Shown: positions 61,208 through 64,000 of the stretch, in pieces
Layout of the letters: the number at the start of each line of letters is the position of its first letter
Position numbering within the stretch: position 1 is the stretch's first letter
The notes under the pieces: generated by a model
The model's database searches: none
The model's input: only the letters and a program-made list of their open reading frames with translations
What the model was told of the DNA's origin: nothing
Made by a program: the position numbers and the translations under genes
Source of the DNA: Candidatus Saccharimonadales bacterium
GTDB taxonomy: Bacteria; Patescibacteriota; Saccharimonadia; Saccharimonadales; 2-12-FULL-41-12
Length of the DNA: 64,000 nucleotides
NCBI GenBank assembly: GCA_025451045.1
Contig: JANWLD010000003.1
Coordinates: 69,690 to 133,689, forward strand
Reading direction: 5' to 3'

Positions 61208-62068
61208 TTATTTCAGGTGCCATTGGTTGTTGCCCAAAGGACTTATGGCGCCTTTGATTTCAAGCATAGAAAGGGTTTGCTGAAAAAGCCGTATATTTAA
61301 ATTACTCTGTGCCAGTAGTTCGTCGCCGCTGTTAATACCGTTGCTGAGTAAATTTAGTAGAACGGATTCTTGTTCATTGTCACCGTAAATATCAGTTTGC
61401 TCCATTTGCTTCGGCTTTATGCCTAAGGCTTCAAAAATATCCTGTCCGCTGGTTACCATTACCGCGCCGGTCTTTAGCAAGTTGTTGGTTCCGGTACTGG
61501 TCGGGCTGGTTATATTGCCCGGTACGGCTAGTACAGTCTTGCCTAGCTCCAGCGCGAAATTTGCAGTATATAAACTGCCGCTTTTCTCGGCTGCTTCGGT
61601 GACTAACAGAACATCTGACAAAGCGGCGATTATCCGATTGCGCTGGATGAAAGATTCTCTTCTTGGTCGAAAATCGTCTTCGTACTCGCTGACTAGCACG
61701 CCGTCTTTGGCGATAATGTTTCTAGCCAGTTGCCGGTGGCTGGCCGGATAAATTTCTTTGATGCCGCTAGGGAGAACGGCTACAGTTTTGCCTTTTGCTT
61801 TTAGCGTGCTCATGTGGGCGATACTATCAACGCCCAACGCCAAGCCGCTGATTATACAAATCCCCGCCCTTGCCAAGGAGCTGGCCATCTCTTCGGTTAT
61901 ACCGCGGCCATAACTGCTGACTTTACGCGAGCCAACTATACCGACGGTCGGCATATCAAGCAGTTTGTTGATATCACCTAGGACATTTAATTCCACCGGC
62001 GGCTTAGCTAATAGCTTAAGCCGTTGCGGGTAGGTTTTTGCCTTTTTGCTTATCCTTATTATCTTCAT
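61208..62068 (-). CDS. dprA: DNA processing protein DprA
   Basis: IVGSR, ISGLALGVD, FIQRNRIIAALS, AVPGNI, GTNNLL. Confidence 0.96.
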   Translation of the reverse strand: MKIIRISKKAKTYPQRLKLLAKPPVELNVLGDINKLLDMPTVGIVGSRKVSSYGRGITEEMASSLARAGICIISGLALGVDSIAHMSTLKAKGKTVAVLPSGIKEIYPASHRQLARNIIAKDGVLVSEYEDDFRPRRESFIQRNRIIAALSDVLLVTEAAEKSGSLYTANFALELGKTVLAVPGNITSPTSTGTNNLLKTGAVMVTSGQDIFEALGIKPKQMEQTDIYGDNEQESVLLNLLSNGINSGDELLAQSNLNIRLFQQTLSMLEIKGAISPLGNNQWHLK

Positions 62069-62108
62069 TTACACTTTTTTGATAAATGTACAATTTTATA
62101 TTTAAGTA

Positions 62109-62137
62109 TTGACATAAAGTAACATTTTTGCTAAAAT
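62109..62137 (+). promoter_or_regulatory. sigma-70 promoter
   Basis: TTGACA-17 bp-TAAAAT. Confidence 0.8.
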
Positions 62138-62143
62138 TGCAAC

Positions 62144-62520
62144 TTGTAAGTCCGCCTAGTCGGATTTAAGCACCTTACACCCTTCCGTTCCGCTGTATAG
62201 CGGATTTACGGAAAGTTAGATTGTTTTAGAGTGCAGGTTACCTGCTGGCTAAACTAAGTTGTTACCCTCCACTTAGTATAGCCTATCCGCTTATGTTAGC
62301 AGATGCTCTAAAGCAAGCTAACCCCTTTAACTATTGCAGTCACCCTCGGGTGGCAATTGCGGTACCCCGTTCAATGCGAGCCTAAACGGTTTGTTCGTTT
62401 AACGACGGAGAAAACACGATCCTTTACGAGTTTATGGGAATCGATGTTTCGCCGGGGTGGGTTGAAGGGTGTAATGAGTCTCTAGCGGTGCCCACCCCCT
62501 CTAGAGACTCTTTTTATTTT
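62144..62520 (+). ncRNA. candidate ~370-nt structured non-coding RNA
   Basis: own promoter and terminator, no ORF >=60 aa, closing stem 62175-62185/62464-62474, many nested hairpins. Confidence 0.7.
62476..62520 (+). terminator. intrinsic terminator
   Basis: gagtctctag/ctagagactc stem followed by TTTTTATTTT. Confidence 0.8.
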
Positions 62521-62639
62521 GCTTGATTATCACGGTTGACGCTTCGCTCGTGACTACATAAAAGTCCACCGGACTTTTATGCCCTCTAGAGACTCTTTTT
62601 ATTTGCTATTTTGTTGTTAATATTGTAAAATTATCATAA

Positions 62640-63287
62640 ATGAGAATTAGTGATATTGGAAAACTGGCTAAAGCCGAAGCCGATGATAATTTTGAGCTGA
62701 GGGTCTGGCTTATAAAACAACAACACAGTAAAGATACTGAAAGGCGCTGGAAAATAGAAAGAGATCTGAGAAATGGCGTTGGTGAAGACTATGATGTGCC
62801 CGAGCAACTGAACGCTATACTACTTAAAAGGATTTTTAACTTAATGAACGGACTATGGAACACGGAAAGTTATGGAACTTTTACCTCCGAAATAGCTATT
62901 GGCAGACCATCCAAAGAGAATCCTCGCCCTATGCTAGATAATTTAAGAGGTATTAGGTCTTCGCAAACATTTAAAATACCAGGTGTAGGCAAACCGGTCG
63001 TTATGGATCGGTGGGATGGATATCGCGTCTATGGCATAGGTGAAAGAGATGAGTTTACTACCAGCCTAGGGCTGAGAGGCCAGCTAGGCTCTTTTGCACT
63101 GGTGGGAGAGGGTAAGAGTTTTTACATGATGCCTGAGATAACCGAATCGCCTACAGAAACACAGCTTAGCGGTTTAGGCCGGACTGCAACTTATCAACGG
63201 GATATTGAAACTTTAGTTAATATATATTCCACGCTTGATTTAGATAAATCAATAATGCACGAAGAACCGGTAATCCAACCGGTTTAG
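62640..63287 (+). CDS. hypothetical protein
   Basis: 215-aa ORF with TTGCTA..TAAAAT upstream. Confidence 0.6.
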   Translation: MRISDIGKLAKAEADDNFELRVWLIKQQHSKDTERRWKIERDLRNGVGEDYDVPEQLNAILLKRIFNLMNGLWNTESYGTFTSEIAIGRPSKENPRPMLDNLRGIRSSQTFKIPGVGKPVVMDRWDGYRVYGIGERDEFTTSLGLRGQLGSFALVGEGKSFYMMPEITESPTETQLSGLGRTATYQRDIETLVNIYSTLDLDKSIMHEEPVIQPV

Positions 63288-63302
63288 ACAATAAAACTGC
63301 GG

Positions 63303-63396
63303 GCCAGGTAGTGAGCTTTTGAGAATAACTCTGCCAAACGGCAGGGTTATTTAGTTCGCTTGAAAGAGCGAACTGCTCAAAAGTCTACTACTTGGC
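63303..63396 (+). repeat. three-way-junction structured element, family B copy 2
   Basis: same outer stem as 61070-61160, different but paired inner hairpins. Confidence 0.8.
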
Positions 63397-64000
63397 GGGT
63401 TTCGGCTGGGAGTTCCCCGCTGCCGTGGGCGTACTCGCTCAAGATACTGTTAGTTTCCTGGAGCAGTAGTTTCAGGTTTTCTTTTTGTTCTTTGCTGAAT
63501 TTACCAAGAACGAAATCTTCGCTGGCGATTTTCTCAGGTGATTTCGGTCCGACGCCAATTCGCACCCGGCCAAAATCTTCACCGCAGTGTTCTATAAGCG
63601 ATTTGATACCGTTATGGCCGGCAGATTTACCGCCGATACGTGTTCTGATAGACCCGAAGTCAATGTCCAGTTCGTCATGGACTACCAAAGTTTTTGAATT
63701 GTCTATCCGGTAAAAATGCTGGACAGCATGCAATGCTACCCCGCTGACGTTCATAAAAGTCGTCGGTTTTATCAAGATGATTTTGTTATTGCCCAGAGTA
63801 TGTGAAGTAAGCTCGCACTTCAAATCTTTTTTGTTAATCCAGTCTGGGAAATCTTGTTTTTTAGCAAAATTATCTAAAGCATCAAAGCCGATGTTGTGAC
63901 GCGTGCCAACGTAATTTTTACCGATATTACCAAGGCCAACAATCAAGAGCGTGTTGCCCAGCCCTAAGGTATAAAAAGGCGCGGATGATTCAATTACCGG
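63377..64000 (-). CDS. pth: peptidyl-tRNA hydrolase, 5' end probably outside window
   Basis: IVGLGN, TRHNIGF, KPTTFMN, VHDELD, AGHNGIKS; frame open to window edge. Confidence 0.95.
   Translation of the reverse strand, partial: PVIESSAPFYTLGLGNTLLIVGLGNIGKNYVGTRHNIGFDALDNFAKKQDFPDWINKKDLKCELTSHTLGNNKIILIKPTTFMNVSGVALHAVQHFYRIDNSKTLVVHDELDIDFGSIRTRIGGKSAGHNGIKSLIEHCGEDFGRVRIGVGPKSPEKIASEDFVLGKFSKEQKENLKLLLQETNSILSEYAHGSGELPAETRQVVDF

Noticed and set aside
62223..62312. gttttagag resembles the start of type II-A CRISPR repeats
   Set aside because: Single occurrence, paired within a stem; no array, spacers or cas genes in the window
1..64000. UGA recoding (genetic code 25)
   Set aside because: Conserved genes are full length in code 11, and several end properly at TGA (ctpA, hsdM, hsdS, mraZ, xseA)

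Overview
Bacterial chromosome segment in the standard code (TGA is used as a stop). The gene set (reduced dcw cluster, sigma-r4/HTH protein next to topA-dprA, many ORFans, SD-less starts) suggests Patescibacteria, probably Saccharibacteria; this is an inference. Core genes include prfB, ftsEX-CHAP hydrolase-ctpA, pyrG, rpmA, a DEAD-box helicase, xseAB, recO, glycyl-tRNA ligase, pyrB, mraZ-rsmH-ftsL-PBP-mraY-ftsW-murG-ftsQ, topA, dprA and pth. They are interleaved with many single orphan genes that have their own promoters. The main accessory element is a ~12 kb type I R-M operon (14.2-26.1 kb) with five AT-rich, mostly stop/start-overlapping defence-type genes nested inside it: a TIR-like protein, a HEPN protein, a Shedu (DUF4263-like) nuclease, a non-intron reverse transcriptase (YADD) and a TIGR02391/HEPN-like protein. 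Non-coding DNA is unusually structured. It holds a ~370-nt promoter-to-terminator RNA candidate (62.1-62.5 kb), two dispersed repeat families whose stems covary, structured leaders before the CHAP hydrolase and rsmH, and a palindromic dif-like site at a gene-orientation and G/C-skew switch (56.8 kb) that probably marks the replication terminus. All family assignments are by-eye motif recognition; no searches were run.
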